Below are positions 16,257 through 35,337 of a DNA stretch of 64,000 nucleotides, piece by piece. This DNA is from the human T2T-CHM13v2.0 reference genome, Homo sapiens: NCBI GenBank assembly GCA_009914755.4, contig CP086569.2:13984001-14048000 (forward strand). Direction: 5' to 3'. The notes below the pieces were generated by a model that saw nothing but the letters and a program-made list of their open reading frames with translations, was not told the DNA's origin and did no database searches. The stretch's first letter is position 1; each line of letters begins with the position of its first letter. The position numbers and the translations under genes were made by a program.

Positions 16257-18148
16257 CTGCTTTCCTTTTTGTGTGTGCTCTCCTGGCGACCAGACCTACG
16301 AGGGGCACCCTCCTGCAGGAGTAAATTTGCCTTGCTGTGCAAATTTATATTCAAGTGCTATTCTTTTTTATTTTGTGGCACCGAAAAATCTGCTTCTAAC
16401 ACAATACAAGGTCACCAGTTTGTTTGCCCCAATAGATAATCCAATGAACGCTGTGAAACAAATTATCAGGTAAAGCTGTTTTTATGGCTGTTTGATATTT
16501 AAAGGCCAAACTTCCCCAGACCTCAAAAACACTGGGCAAAACAGCATCAAAGGAGAGCCTCAGTTGTTAACCAGGCCCCCTGCTTAGAACAGCAGCACAC
16601 AATCCTGGATACATGTAATGCCATCCCTTTTTCCCATTCAACAGTGAACTACAGATTCCAAAGAATATAGTGGCCAAACAGTATTGTAACTGCAAGAGAA
16701 AATTCTAAGGAGGGCTTTGTACTAGACCTCAGAACCTCTGCCAAGGGCTTCTCTTTGGGCGGGTTGAGGTCCAGAGGATGCCCAGGACATCTCCCTGTGG
16801 GGTCCAGTCTTAGATTATAAGACGTCTCTGACCTTAGGTGGGCAATAGTGCTGCTTTGCCTGCATTCACTTCAGAGGTGATGGTCTACTATGAGCTTTCC
16901 TTTGATACCTGGGTGTAATCCCCAACTTTTGGCATCTTTATAAGGTAACAGTCCAAGGAGTTCAGCTTGCCCACTGCCTAGACAGAGTCAATTTATCAAG
17001 TCAGGGGAAATTGCAGTGGAGAAAAAGTAATTTACTCAGAACTGGCTGTGCAGGAGACCAGAGTCTTATTATTCAAATCAGTGTCCTCAGACATTTGGGA
17101 ATCAGTGTTTTTAAAGATACTTTGGCAGGTAAGAGCTTGGGAAGAGGGGACTGCTGATTGGTCAGGTTGAAGATTTCCATCTTCTAGAGGGACGAAGTGA
17201 GTTTTTCTTGCTGTCTTCTATTCCTGGGTGGAATGACAGAACTGGTTGGGCCAGATTACCAGTCTGGGTGGTGTCAGCTGATGCATTAAGTACAGGGTCT
17301 GCAAAATATCTCAAGCACTGATCTTAGGTTTTACAATAGTGATGTTATCCCCAGTAGCAATGTGGGGAGGTTCAAATTCTTAGAGCCCGAGGCTGCATGA
17401 CCTCAAAGCTGTAATTTCTAATCTTGTAGCTATTTTTTTTCAGTCCTGCAAAAGCAAATTGGTTCCTAGAACAGGAAGAGGTTTTTTTGCAGGGGAAATG
17501 GGCAGTTATCAATTTCATTTCAGAGTTCAAGCATCAACTGAATTCCTTGCCAAAGTTAGTGCAGCCTATGCCCAGGAATAAACAAAGACAGCTTAAATGT
17601 TACAAGCAAGACGGAGTCAGTTAGGTCTGATTTTTTTTTGACTGTCATGATTTCCTCAGTTATAATTTTGCAAAGGCAGTTTCAATAATTTGATAAGACC
17701 ACACTTTCCCATGCTTCTGGTTCCATTAGAGTGATAGCCATATAATAATAGAAATTGTATTAATAGAAATAATAGAAACTGTAACATAGAAAGTGGAGGC
17801 TGGGTAGGCTTCTTTTGTCCTTAGCCAGTTGAGTACGGAAGGGAAGAATTTAGCATTAGAAAAGGTTTAAATCACCTGAAACACATGCAAATTTGCTCTG
17901 AGCTGTGTCACATGTAGCAATCAGGCACCACAACCAGAAAAGATAGAAAATAGTCGTTTAGAGTGGCCTGAGCAGAAACCTGCAGTTGCCACGTCTTTAG
18001 CTGCTGCCCACCAAGGGTTCCAGTTGAAAAAAAAAAAGAGAGAGTGAGAGACAGATTCCCTTGTATTGACCACAAAGGAAAAGGAGAAAAATAAATGCCA
18101 AACTCTGGGCTTAACTTCTGGCTGGCTTGCCAAAATATGCTACGAATG

Positions 18149-18844
<696 letters not shown>

Positions 18845-20300
18845 CAAGCACTCCTGGTGGCCACCACAAGCCACCACATTAAAGTTGTGGGGAGCCCTTA
18901 GAAGCCACCAGCACCACCTGCCCTACCACCAGCAGTATGAGTAAAGGCCCCTGCCTGGCAGGCTCTGTGGCCACAATAAGACCTCAGTTTAGAAGAAGTT
19001 TAAAGCCAATTTCTATCTCCTAAAGCATGGAGAGAAAAGTTACATACAGTGCTTTTGGTTGTTTGTTAAACATTGGAGGTGGTCAACTTCAAGTCTGCTT
19101 AGCCACATATGTTGCTGTACTTTTTTGTTGTTGTTCACCATAAATATTATGTTTCCAAAGAACTATTGGAAGAAACTTTTAACCAGCTTGGTGCTATTGA
19201 AAGGACCATTTAATAATGGATGAACATGGAATATCTATAGGAAAAAGCATTGTTGAATTTATTCTAGATTAGTAGTAGCAAGAAAGGCATTTGAATGATG
19301 CAGTAAAGATGTTTTCTTACTGACAACTCCTCATCTAGTCATTGTGAAACCACTCGAACAACTAAATGGTGATGACAGTATTCTTGAAAAAATTTCACAG
19401 AAGGGTCCAGTGTATCAAAAGAGAGATAAATCGCTCCTCATTTTGCCCTATATGACATTTAATTCTGAATATTCTTAGTGATGGAAGTCCTTGGATGAAA
19501 CAAAACAGCAAAGGAATCATGTTGAAAAAACATGAATCATGTAAAATACTAATTTGGAAAGTGAAATAGGAGATGCACTCAAGGAACATCAAGGAAATCT
19601 TTTGCACCAAGATCTGATAAGGCAGGAGGAAGAATTATGATGCATGCAAAAACTTCACAATCAAGGAATGCAGAAACATAAAGAAATGCAATTGAGGCAA
19701 GAGGAGAAACGACAGAGGAGGAAAAGATGATGATTCATTGATATGGGATGGAAGAACAGATGAGGCACCAAATTACAGGAAAATTACAGTCAGATGGGCT
19801 ACATGGATCCAAGAGAAAGAGATATGAGAATGGGTGGCACAGGAGATCCCTATGGTTCAGGAGGCCAGAAATGTCCACCTCTAGATGATAATGATGGCAT
19901 AGGTTATGACACTAATTTTAGAATTCCATTAGAAACCACGAGTGGATCCATGAAGGAAAGTGTCATGTGTATGGAGTGATTTGGGCAAGAAGACACAGGA
20001 CTTGTGGGGGGAAGGGTCCTAGATGAATGGAGCCCAGAATTCCACAGGGATATTGTAGAGGGAGAGAAGAGTATAAAGTCTCAAAGAACACCAATTTGAT
20101 ATGTAATATCTAGAGTTTCATTCCAATTACTTACTGTCTTTTCTTGTTTAGATACCAATCATTTACATTATTGCATTTTAGTAAGAAAACTACCTTTTTA
20201 TGGATGTTAGCAGGTTATTGATTTAATACTTTTAAATGTTTTGTGCAGATAAAATTATGTAATATAGTGTTAGAAATAAAATAAAGATTTTCCCTTTTTA
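18845..20300 (+). pseudogene. SFPQ: Processed pseudogene of SFPQ, 3' segment: end of the low-complexity region, RRM1, RRM2, NOPS, coiled-coil, C-terminal tail, 3'UTR with AATAAA near 20277-20285
   Basis: Contiguous intronless matches to SFPQ in degraded frames: HHKPPH*SCGEP (HPKPPHRGGGEP); FKANFYLLKHGEKSYIQCFWLFV (FKANLSLLRRPGEKTYTQRCRLFV); VSKELLEETFNQLGAIERTI (VSNELLEEAFSQFGPIERAV); KGPVYQKRDKS...EYS**WKSLDETKQQRNHVEKNM ([47 protein letters not shown]); KEMQLRQEEKRQRRKR; MGYMDPRERDMRMGGTGDPYGSGGQKCPPL (MGYMDPRERDMRMGGGGAMNMGDPYGSGGQKFPPL); GSMKESVMCME*FGQEDTGLVGG (GSMMGSDMRTERFGQGGAGPVGG). Confidence 0.7.
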
Positions 20301-20332
20301 TTTCACCTCCTCATTTTTTTTCAACAGTATAA

Positions 20333-20692
<360 letters not shown>

Positions 20693-20909
20693 TTTTTGTA
20701 CTTTGCTTCAAATAAATACCTAAATAGTTATAATGTTGATCTTCAACTTTGCCATTCATGCATATATGTATATTAGACTAGGTATCCCACTTTGAAACAT
20801 GAAAGTGTCAAGGCCTTTGAATGGCATTTGCCATTTCTGGAAAATGTATCTGGAGGCTAAATACTGCTTTCTACAAATAACTGCCCCCCTTGTTTTAGAA
20901 AGAAGGAAT

Positions 20910-21226
20910 CAGCCGGGCGCAGTTGCTAACACCTGTAATCCCAGCACTTTGGGAGGCCGAGGTGTGCAGATCACGAGGTCAGGAGTTTGAGACCAGCCTG
21001 GCCAACATAGCAAAGCCGCATCTCTACTAAAAATACAAAAAATTAGCCAGGCATGGTGGGCGCCTGTAATCCCCACTACTCAGGAGACTGAGGCAGGAGA
21101 ATCGTTTAAACCTGGGAGGCGGATGTTGCAGTGAGCCGAGATCACGCCACTGCTCTCCAGCCTGGGCCACACTAGCCCAGGAGATAGTATGAGACTCTGT
21201 CTCAAAAAAAAAAAAAAAAAAAAAAA
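20910..21226 (+). mobile_element. Alu with a long poly-A tail
   Basis: cagccgggcgcagttgctaacacctgtaatcccagcactttgggaggccgaggtg... to ...gagactctgtctcaaaaaaaaaaaaaaaaaaaaaaa. Confidence 0.9.
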
Positions 21227-21414
21227 GGGAAGAAGAAATGCAATTGAAGTAGATTTCCTTATTTATTTGGCATTATAGGAAACAAACCAGTGCTATGTAT
21301 ATTTAAATGGTCATGTAAGTGAAGCTGAAATGTAAATCTTGATTCAAGAAAATATATTAAGATTGTGTAATGGGTGTAGGACAATTGGTAGGGGGTGAAA
21401 ATGGGTTTGGTTAA

Positions 21415-21809
21415 TGTGAGGTCTCTGAGCCCAAGCTAAGCCATCATATCCCCTGTGACCTGCATGTACACATCCAGATGGCTGGTTCCTGCCTTAACTG
21501 ATGACATTCCACCACAAAAGAAGTGAAAATGGCCTGTTCCTGCCTTAACTGATGATATTACCTTCTGAAATTCCTTCTCTGGGCTCATCCTGGCTCAAAA
21601 GCTTCCCAGCTGAGCACCGTGTGACCCCCACCCCTGCCAGCCAGAGAACAACCCCTGCTTTTCCTTTACCTACCCAAATCTTATAAAATGGCCCCACCCC
21701 TATCTCCTTCCACTGACTCTCTTTTCCGACTCAGCCCGCCTGTACCCAGGTGAAATAAACAGCCTTGTTGCTCACACAAAGACTGTTTGGTGGTCTCTTC
21801 ACACAGACA
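21415..21809 (+). mobile_element. Solo LTR7 (HERV-H LTR)
   Basis: tgtgaggtctctgagcccaagctaagccatcatatcccctgtgacctgcatgtacacatccagatggc...ccaaatcttataaaatggccccacccctatctccttccactgactctcttttccgactcagcccgcctgtacccaggtgaaataaacagccttgttgctcacacaaagactgtttggtggtctcttcacacagaca matches the LTR7 consensus from start to end. No tRNA-His PBS or HERV-H internal sequence follows. Confidence 0.75.
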
Positions 21810-23238
21810 TGAGTGAAAGTTAAATGGATCTTTTATGGCCCTATGATCTACACTTTCCTTGGAAGCTTTTGAAAAGTGTAAAAAAAAATTTTTTTTTTTT
21901 TTTTGCATTTCCCCATTTAAAACAGCAAGAAATCCCAATCCCTTCTAATGGCTTGTATTGAACTTTTATATTTGAATTAAAGATTGTTAAACACCAAAAA
22001 AGCAGATGTTTTTTGTTAAAGACAGTAAGAAAAAGTTAAAGACAGTAAGAAAAGACAAAGAAAGTCATTATTTAATGATAAAGGGATCAACTTAGCAAGA
22101 GACTAAAACAATTCTAAATGTATAGGCACCCTACACTGATGCACCCAGATACATAAAATAAGTATTACTAAACAGAAAGAGAGATATATCCCAATACAAT
22201 AATAGTGGGGATGTCAACACTCAACTCACAGCATTAAACAGATCATTTAGATTTTAAAAAATCAACTGTGAAAGGAAGATAAATCTTGGAGCCCCAAAAT
22301 TACTAAGCTAAAGGGGAAAGTCAAACTGGAAACTGCTTAGGGCAAACCTGCCTCCCATTCTATTCAAAGTTATCGCTCTTCTCACTGAGATAGATGCATA
22401 TCTGATTGCCTCCTTTGGAAAGGCTTATCAGAAACTCAAAAGAATGCAACCATTTGTCTTTCACCTACCTGTGACCTGGAAGCCCCCTCCCTGCTTGAGT
22501 TGTCCCACCTTTCTCAGTGGAAACAATGTGTATCTGACATATTGACAAGTCTTATGTCTCTATAAAGTGTACAAAATCAAGCTGTCCCCTGACCACCTTG
22601 GGCACATGTCAGGACCTCCTGGCACACATCCTTGACCTTGGCAAAATAAACTTTTTAAATTAACAGAGACCTAGTTCAGATATTTTGGGTTCACACAGTA
22701 AAGAAAGACTGGACTTAAATTAGACTTTACACGAAATGAACCTAAAAAGCATTTACAGTATATCTACCCAAGAACTGCAGGTAATTCATTTTGATACGGC
22801 TCCAATGAGTGGAGAAACACCAGGGTTCTTCATCTTGAGTAGAATTGGATAAAACTACACAAACACACATGGAATGGTTTTAAGGAGCAGAGAGTTTAAT
22901 AGGCAAGGAAGAAGGAAGAAGCTCCCCCATACAGAGACAGAGGGAGAGGGATTCCAAGTCATGAGAGGAAACTGTGAGTGTGACAGAAACCAGCCACTTT
23001 TATGAGGAGGCTGGAGGAGGTAGTGTCTAATTTGCATAGGGGTGACGGGATTGGTTTGACCAGGCATGTCATTCACATAGCCCGTGAAAAATCTGGCCCT
23101 CTCACCCTAGCTTTTTAATTGCAAATGCAGGATGCCATGATGTTCTACACATGTGGGGATATGTTGGGGAGGCCATGTTGCCAGGCACATGTTAGGGCAA
23201 GGGCAAGAAGAAGGCAGTGGGAATCACCATGTTTGGGT

Positions 23239-23736
23239 GTGTAAGAGTTAAAGAAAGAGGAAAGAAACATGAAACACAGCTTGGCAGTCAAAGACAGGTT
23301 TTCTTTAGTTAAAACCTAAGAGGCGCCCCTGGCCAATTTCGGTCAGGAGCCCTTTCTCTTACAGACTAAGGGTATATATTGGTTTTAGGGTGGGGGGAGC
23401 TTAGAAGCTTGGAATGTTTATGTGTGTGGAGAAGTTTATGGTGGGGTTGGAATCTCTCTGGGAGGAGGGGAGGTTATCTTGGGGCAGACATCTTACCAGC
23501 CCAGAAGGGGTTATCTCGAGGCTGGCATCTTCCTGGATGGAGAAGGCTTATCTTGGGGCTAACATGTCTCTGGACAAGGAGGAGTCTGAAATGTTTCTCG
23601 TTGGAGATGTTATTTGTGGTTTATGGTCATGCCAACCTTAGCCATTAAGCTGATGCCCTTTGGATTTAGGTGGTTTTTATTAAAGTGAACTTTAGAATTA
23701 GGGGCTTGTCCAAGATGGCAGTGCTCCTGCTCTGTC
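23239..23736. repeat. Unclassified LTR-like repeat, copy B, inverted relative to copy A at 12316-12815. It may extend leftwards to about 22855, where there is a U3/R-like segment with cctattaaactctctgctcc on the minus strand.
   Basis: Collinear in reverse complement with 12316-12815. Three tandem ~37-bp units at 23455-23570: ggttatcttggggcagacatcttaccagcccagaagg / ggttatctcgaggctggcatcttcctggatggagaagg / cttatcttggggctaacatgtctctggacaaggagg. Confidence 0.5.
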
Positions 23737-24989
23737 AATCCAGACCTTATCATTGAAAAAAGGAGGAGAGATGGTGTTTTCATTCTGGTTACTTCCTGCT
23801 GACAAGGGGATGAACGGTTTTCTGGTCTTGGGTTGACTGCAGAAGCAATGCTGTCTGTAGATGGTTTTGGGTAGTTGTTTGTGAAAAGGCCATGATCCTG
23901 TGAGTTAAAAATCTTTGAAAAAGGTAAATTAGGTAGGGTAAGAACATTAGTCCCAAGCATATTGTTAGAAGAGGGGCCAGGAACATGCTACAATTTTGTT
24001 CCCAAACCAAGAATTTATTTGGTTGTTTTGATATTCTTTTAGCTTTTTAGCCCTTTCCTTAAGTTTTTCAGCAGTAATTTTTACTAGGCCTGATTGGTTG
24101 ATACAGAAACAACATACCTTACCTAATGAGAGGCAGAGGTGTGTGTTTAGAAAGGCCTGTGTGTTATTTTCTGTTAGTAACCATTATTCCTGCTATAAGG
24201 ATAATAATTAAGCAAAATGCTACGGTAATTGAGATTTTTTGTCTGATATGCCACCCTGAGGGTGCCACAATATATATTCTATGGCAAATAGTAAATTAAA
24301 CATCTTTTCATAAGAAAAATCTTCAACAAACTAGGTATAGAAGAAATATCTCAAAATAATAGAGGCTATTTATATGACAAACCCACAGCAAACATCACAC
24401 TAGATCTACAGAAGCTGAAAACATTACTTCTAAGAATTAGAAGTGGACAATATTATCCACCTTCACCACTCCTACTCAACATAGTATGGAAATTCCAGCC
24501 AGAACAATCAAGCAAGAGAAAGAGATAAAATGCTTCCAAGTTGGAAAAGAAGTCCTTTTCCTCTTTGCTCATTATATGATCTTATATCTAGAAATAACTA
24601 CAGGTTCACCTAAAAAAAATCAGTAGCATTTCTTTAAATTAAAAATGATCTAGCTGAGAAGGAAATCAAGAGGGAAATCCCATATTCAATAGGAACAAAA
24701 AAAAACCCTAGGGAAATATATTTAACTAAGAAGATTAATTAATTAATTTTAACGAAGAAAAACTTAAAAAAAGATTGATAAAACAAATTGAGGATGACAC
24801 AAATAAACTATCCAATGCTCATGGATAGAAAAAATTAATATTTTTAAAATAACCATACTGCCTGAAGCAATTTATAGGTTCAATGCAATTATATTAACAT
24901 ACAACTGTCATTTTTCACAGAATTAGCAAAAATAATTCTAAAATGTAGATGGAACAAAAAAGGAGCCAGAGTAGCTAAAAGAATCATGA

Positions 24990-27986
<2,997 letters not shown>

Positions 27987-28093
27987 TATATTATAATGTT
28001 ATCATAACAAAAAGCATGGTAGTCACATAAAAATAGACATATAGATCAAAGAAGCAAAATACTGAACCCCAATGTAATGCCACAGATTTACTG

Positions 28094-29061
28094 CTGTAGG
28101 GGTGTGTTGCCCCTCCACACCTGTGGGTGTTTCTCGTAAGGTGGGACGAGAGACTTAGGAAAGAAAAAGACACAGAGACAAAGTACAGAGAAAGAAATAA
28201 GGGGACCCAGGGAACCAGCGTTCAGCATATGGAGGATCCCCCCAGCCTTTGAGTTCCCTTAGTATTTATTCATCATTCGTGGGTGTTTCTTGAAGAGGGG
28301 GATGTGTCAGGGTCACAAGACCATTGTGGGGAGAGGGTCAGCAGACAAACACGGGAACAAAGGTCTTTGCATCATAGACAATGTAAAGGATTAAGTGCTG
28401 TGCTTTTAGATATGCATACACATAAACATCTCAATGCTTTACAAAGCAGATTGCTGCCCGCATGTCCCACCTCCAGCCCTAAGGCGATTTTTCCCTATCT
28501 CAGTAGATGGAACATACAATCGGGTTTTATACCGAGACATTCCATTGCCCAGGGACGGGCAGGAGACAGATGCCTTCCTCTTGTCTCAACTGCAAGAGGC
28601 ATGCCTTCCGCTTATACTAATCCTCCTCAGCACAGACCCTTTACGGGTGTCGGGCTGGGGGACGGTCAAGTCTTTCCCTTCCCACGAGGCCATATTTCAG
28701 ACTATCACATGGGGAGAAACCTTGGACAATACCTGGCTTTCCTAGGCAGAGGTCCCTGCGGCCTTCCGCAGTTTTTGTGTCCCTGGGTACTTGAGATTAG
28801 GGAGTGGTGATGACTCTTAAGGAGCGTGCTGCCTTCAAGCATCTGTTTAACAAAGCACATCTTGCACCGCCCTTAATCCATTTAACTCTGAGTTGACACA
28901 GCACATGTTTCAGAGAGCACGGGGTTGGGGGTAACGTTATAGATTAACAGAATCTCAAGGCAGAAGAATTTTTCTTAGTACAGAACAAAATGGAGTCTCC
29001 TATGTCTACTTCTTTCTACACAGACACAGTAACAATCTGATCTCTCTTGCTTTTCTCCACA
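28094..29061 (-). mobile_element. Solo LTR12 (HERV9 LTR), 5-bp TSD actgc
   Basis: tgtaggggtgtgttgcccctccacacctgtgggtgtttctcgtaaggtgggacgagagacttag... to ...caaaatggagtctcctatgtctacttctttctacacagacacagtaacaatctgatctctcttgcttttctccaca is the reverse complement of LTR12 from its 3' to 5' end. actgc sits immediately on both sides (28089-28093 and 29062-29066). The ORFs 28283-28810 and 28434-28745 lie inside it and are spurious. Confidence 0.8.
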
Positions 29062-29109
29062 ACTGCCTGCTGATATTTGACAAAAGTGGATAATAACACA
29101 CATGAGCAG

Positions 29110-29631
29110 TGTAAGGTCAGCTGAGAGAAAGGAAAACTAGACCCAAAGTCAGGCTAGAGAGTTTTTATTGACCTGCCAGTTGCCCCTCTTAACAGTCAAG
29201 GAAAGCAGCCCCAAACTTACAGAATGAGGGGTTTATACTGGGGAGCGGAGTTTGAGGAAGTTCTTTGATATGGCCGCATCCCAGGGTTGTTTGCTGGTTA
29301 ATTTTGCCACATATCACCTTGTGATATTTATTACAGGAGGGTATAGGTAAAGTTTGTTTATGCTTCCCATGACCTCCCCCTTTGTGGTCTGGATGTTTTG
29401 TAATTAGGGTTTGATTATCGCAGCAAGGTCTAATAAGTGAAGTCTGCTGGCTTCATTATGGTGCCCAGATAAGGGCTTAGAAATGTAAAGAGGCTTGGGG
29501 GAAGGGTGGGCAGCACAGAGAAGTGTTGCAGAGCATTAGTGGAGGGGTGGGCAGCACAGAAAGTTTTGTGAGGAGTGTTGGCAGTACCAAGAAGCTTTCT
29601 GGGGCAATTTGTCCTCAACAGGTAGAGGGCA
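29110..29631. mobile_element. Unclassified 522-bp insertion in the old L1 with TG...CA termini; candidate solo LTR
   Basis: Interrupts L1 ORF2 between ...LIFDK...(gagcag) and (cccttt)tcaataaatgatgc (FNKWCW). Starts tgtaaggtcagctgagag and ends ggtagagggca. Internal near-tandem repeats ggaagggtgggcagcacagagaagtgttgcagag / ggaggggtgggcagcacagaaagttttgtgagg. Confidence 0.3.
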
Positions 29632-30794
29632 CCCTTTTCAATAAATGATGCTCAGAAAAGTGAATAGCCACATGCAGAAGAATGAAACTGGATCCATATC
29701 TCACACCATATGCAAAAATCGTACAAGACTAAAATAAAAGACCAAAGATAATAAAATAGTAGAAGAAAACTTATAAAAAACTCTTCTGGACATCAGTTGA
29801 GGTAAATAACACAGGATTAAATCTTCAAAAGTAGAAATAACAGAAACAAAATAGACAAATAAGATTTAATTAAAAGCTAAAAAGCTGCACAGCAAAATAA
29901 TCAATAGAATGAAGAGACAGCCTATTGAATGGGACAAAATATTTGCAAACTATTCCTCTGACAGGGGACTAATATCTAGCACAAAAGAAACTGAAACATT
30001 TCAACAAGAACAAGCAGCAACAGAAAACAAATAATGACTTTAAAAAGTTGGCAAAGAACATGAATTGACTTTTCAAAAAAATCATAAAATGCTCAATGGG
30101 TATATAAAAATGTGCAACATAACTAATTATCAGGTAAATGAAAATCAAAACTAAAATGAGATATCATCTCATTTTAGTCATAAATATTAATATTAATAGA
30201 ATGTGATTACTAAAAAGACAAAAAATAATAGATGCTGATGAAGATGTGCAGAAGAGGGAACTTTAATACACAGGAGGAAATATAAATTAGGATAGTCTCT
30301 ATTGAAAGTGGAATGAAGGTTTTGTAAAGAACTAAAATTAGAACTGCCATTCAATGCAGCAGTTCCAAGACTGGATATCTCCATAAAGGAATGAAATTGA
30401 TATATCAAAAAAGATACCTGCACTTGTAAATTTATTACAGCACTCATTATAGTAGCAAAACTATGGGATGAATCTGAGTGTTTATCAATGAATTAACGGA
30501 TTTTTAAAAATTGGCATAGATACACAATAGAATAGTATTCAGCCATAGACAAGAACAAAATCACGTCTTTTTCAGCAACAAGGATAAAACTGGAGGTCAT
30601 TGTTGTAGGTTAAGTGAAATAGGTCAGTCACAGAAAGACAAATATCTCATGTTCTCATTCACAAGTTATTCTTAGAGAAAGTTGTTCACATAGACATAAA
30701 GAGTAAAATGATACATTATGTAGACTCAGAAGTGTGAAGATATGAGATGAAAAGGATGATGATAAATTGGTTAATGTGTAAAATGTACATTATT

Positions 30795-31550
<756 letters not shown>

Positions 31551-33288
31551 AAAAGCCTCAACTTTAACATTCTGCAATCTATGCATGTAACAAAATTCCA
31601 CATGTAGCCCATAAATAGTAAACAAAAATAAAACAAAATTCTACACCATTCCATTTAATTTTACTATTTGCTGGATTTCTTGAATTCTTTCCTTGTAAAC
31701 AATAGACTTTTGCATTGTGAATTCATTTTCAGTGAAAATTTAACTCTAGGAAACCTGTGTGTATCTCACTGCAATATATCTTTAATTTTTTATAGTTATT
31801 CCACTCATCACATAGTTAAGAGTAAGTTTTGAATTTTTTAATTAGAAATTCAAATATTATGTAGGAAGAGTAAATAGAAAACCAAACCTTGTGATAACAA
31901 ACTTAGGCAGCAACTTTTCATGGAAGAGAGATTTTTCCCATCCAAAATTGAAGTTGTAATAAAATTTCTTATCAGCTCCTTGTCTAAAGTCTTTCTTCTC
32001 TTCATTGTTATCTACTGAATATGTTTGCTAAGGACAGAACTTTTAAGGACCTAAATTATCCAGGAATTTTTGTTGCAGTTCTTCACCTTTTTTTTTCAAT
32101 ATCCTGATGTTGTCTATTATTAAAATATGAGCCTGCTTAGTCTTTCAGGTAACAACTCTCACTCTTTCTCTCTTTATGTAGCAGAGCCTAGTATGCAGTT
32201 AAATTATGATGTTCAATATCCTTCTTTTTTATTCACCAGAATTGCCCTCATATTATTGTGAGCCAAATCAACTGGGGAAAGGGACATTATAAAAGTTATA
32301 TGCAGTATTTCTATTCTTTTTTTATAAATTAGTAGAAAAAAAAAGAAAATGAAAGCTGTAAAAAGCACTGATGGCCTTTAGTATCTTTTCTTAATAAAAA
32401 ATATTTGCAAATGTCAGCAAATAAAATGTCTAATTTTATATTATTCAAGCTATTAAAGGCAGCTTTTAAAAATTGATATATAATATTTTTATATATTTAT
32501 GTGGTACATATCATATTTTGTCATATGCATAGAAGGTGTAAGAATCCAGTCTCTATATCTGGGGTGTCTATCACCTCAAGGACTTGCATGTCAGAAATAC
32601 CCCAAGTCCTCTCATCTAGTTATTTTGAAATATGCAGTTCTTTGTTTTTAACAAAGTTACATTACTCTGCCATTAAACATTAGAGCTTATTTCTCCTATC
32701 TTACTGTATATTTGTATCCATTAGCCAACGACCTTTTTATCCCTCCACATTTTACCCATCCTATATACAATGGAAATGTGTATATATACACACAATGATA
32801 TATACATATATATAATTCAAGATCATATTTTCTTTTTTCATTCATACACCAGTAAACACTTAGGATGATTCCATATTTTGCTGTTTGAATAGTGCTGCAA
32901 TAAACATGAGAGTGCATGTATCCCTTCAATATACTGAATTAGTTTACTTGGGGCATATACCCAAAGTAGGATTGTTCAATCATATGACAGTTCTATCTTT
33001 TGTTTTTTGTGATTTTTTTTTGAGAAATCACTATACTGTTTCCAATGTGGTTTGTAGTAATTTACATTTTCACCAGCAGTGTTTGAGTCCCCTTTTCTCA
33101 ATATCCTTGCCAGTAATTGTTATTTTTCAACTTTTTAATAATAATCATTTTAACTGGGGTAAGATGATATCATATTTTTGTTTTGATTTTTATTTCTCTG
33201 ATGATTAGTGATGTTGACAATTTGAAAAGTATACCTTTTGGCCATTTGCATGTCTTGAGACAATTCTGTTGACATACTATGCCCACTA

Positions 33289-34197
<909 letters not shown>

Positions 34198-35337
34198 AAT
34201 ATAAATCTTTTTAACTGCTGAATTGTTTGAGTTTCATATATATTCTGAATACTAGTCCCTTGTTGATGAACAGCTTACAAATATTTTCTTTCATTCAATA
34301 GATTGTTTCTTCACTCTGTTGTTTCCTTTCCTGTACAGAAGTTTTTTAGTTTAATACTATCCAATTTGTCTATTTTTGGTTTTGTTTCCCATGCTTTTTG
34401 ATGTTTTAGCCATAAAATATTTGCCGAGGTCAATGTCCTGAAGTATTTTTCCTATGTTTTCTTTTAGTAGTTTTATAGTATGAGTCTTACATTTAAGTCT
34501 GTTATCTACCTTTAGTTGATTTTTGTACATGGTAAAGATAGCCATGCAGTTTTATTCTTCTTTATGTGGATATCCAGTTTTTCCAGCACCATTTATTGAA
34601 GAGGTGTTCTTTCTCCAATGCATGTTCTTGGATTCTTTGTTAAAAAACACTCTTGGCAGTAAATACACAGATCTACATTTGGGTTCTGAATTCTCTTTCA
34701 TTGGTCTGTCTGTTTTTACACAATACAATTCCATTTAGGTCAATGTATCCTTGTAATACATTTTGAAGTCAGGTACTGTGATGCCGTTAGTTTTGTTTGT
34801 TTTGCTCAGAGTTGCTTTGGCTCTTTGGTCTCTATCAGTTTCATACAAATTTTAGTATTTTTTTTTCTATTTCTATTGAAAATAACATTGATATTTTGAT
34901 ACAGACTGCATTGAATCTGTAGATGGCTTCTAGTAGTATGGTCATTTTAATGATGTCAATTCTTTTGATCAATGACATGCAATGTTTTTCCCTTTGTGTC
35001 CTCTTCAATTTCTTTCATCAGTGTTTTATAAGTTTCTTTCTAGAGGTCATTCACTTCTAGACTTCTAGAGGCCCTGTCTTTAAGGTGGTCACCGAAGTTG
35101 GGGTTTGTTTCTTTTAGTAGCTACTGTAAATAGGATTTTCTTCTTAATGTTTTTCTCAGCTGGATCATTATTAGGATACAGAAATGCTACTGATTTCTCT
35201 CTGTTGACTTTGTATCCTGCAACTTTATTGAATTTATATATAAGATCTAAGAGTTTTTTGGTTAGGTATTTAGGTTTTAATAGTTACAAAAAAATCATCT
35301 GCATTGAAGGACAATATATTTCTATTGGAACAGGAAT

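Noticed and set aside
28283-28810. 175-aa ORF (and the overlapping 103-aa ORF) with no repeat-protein similarity
   Set aside because: It lies entirely within the reverse-oriented solo LTR12, a non-coding LTR sequence, so it is a chance open frame.
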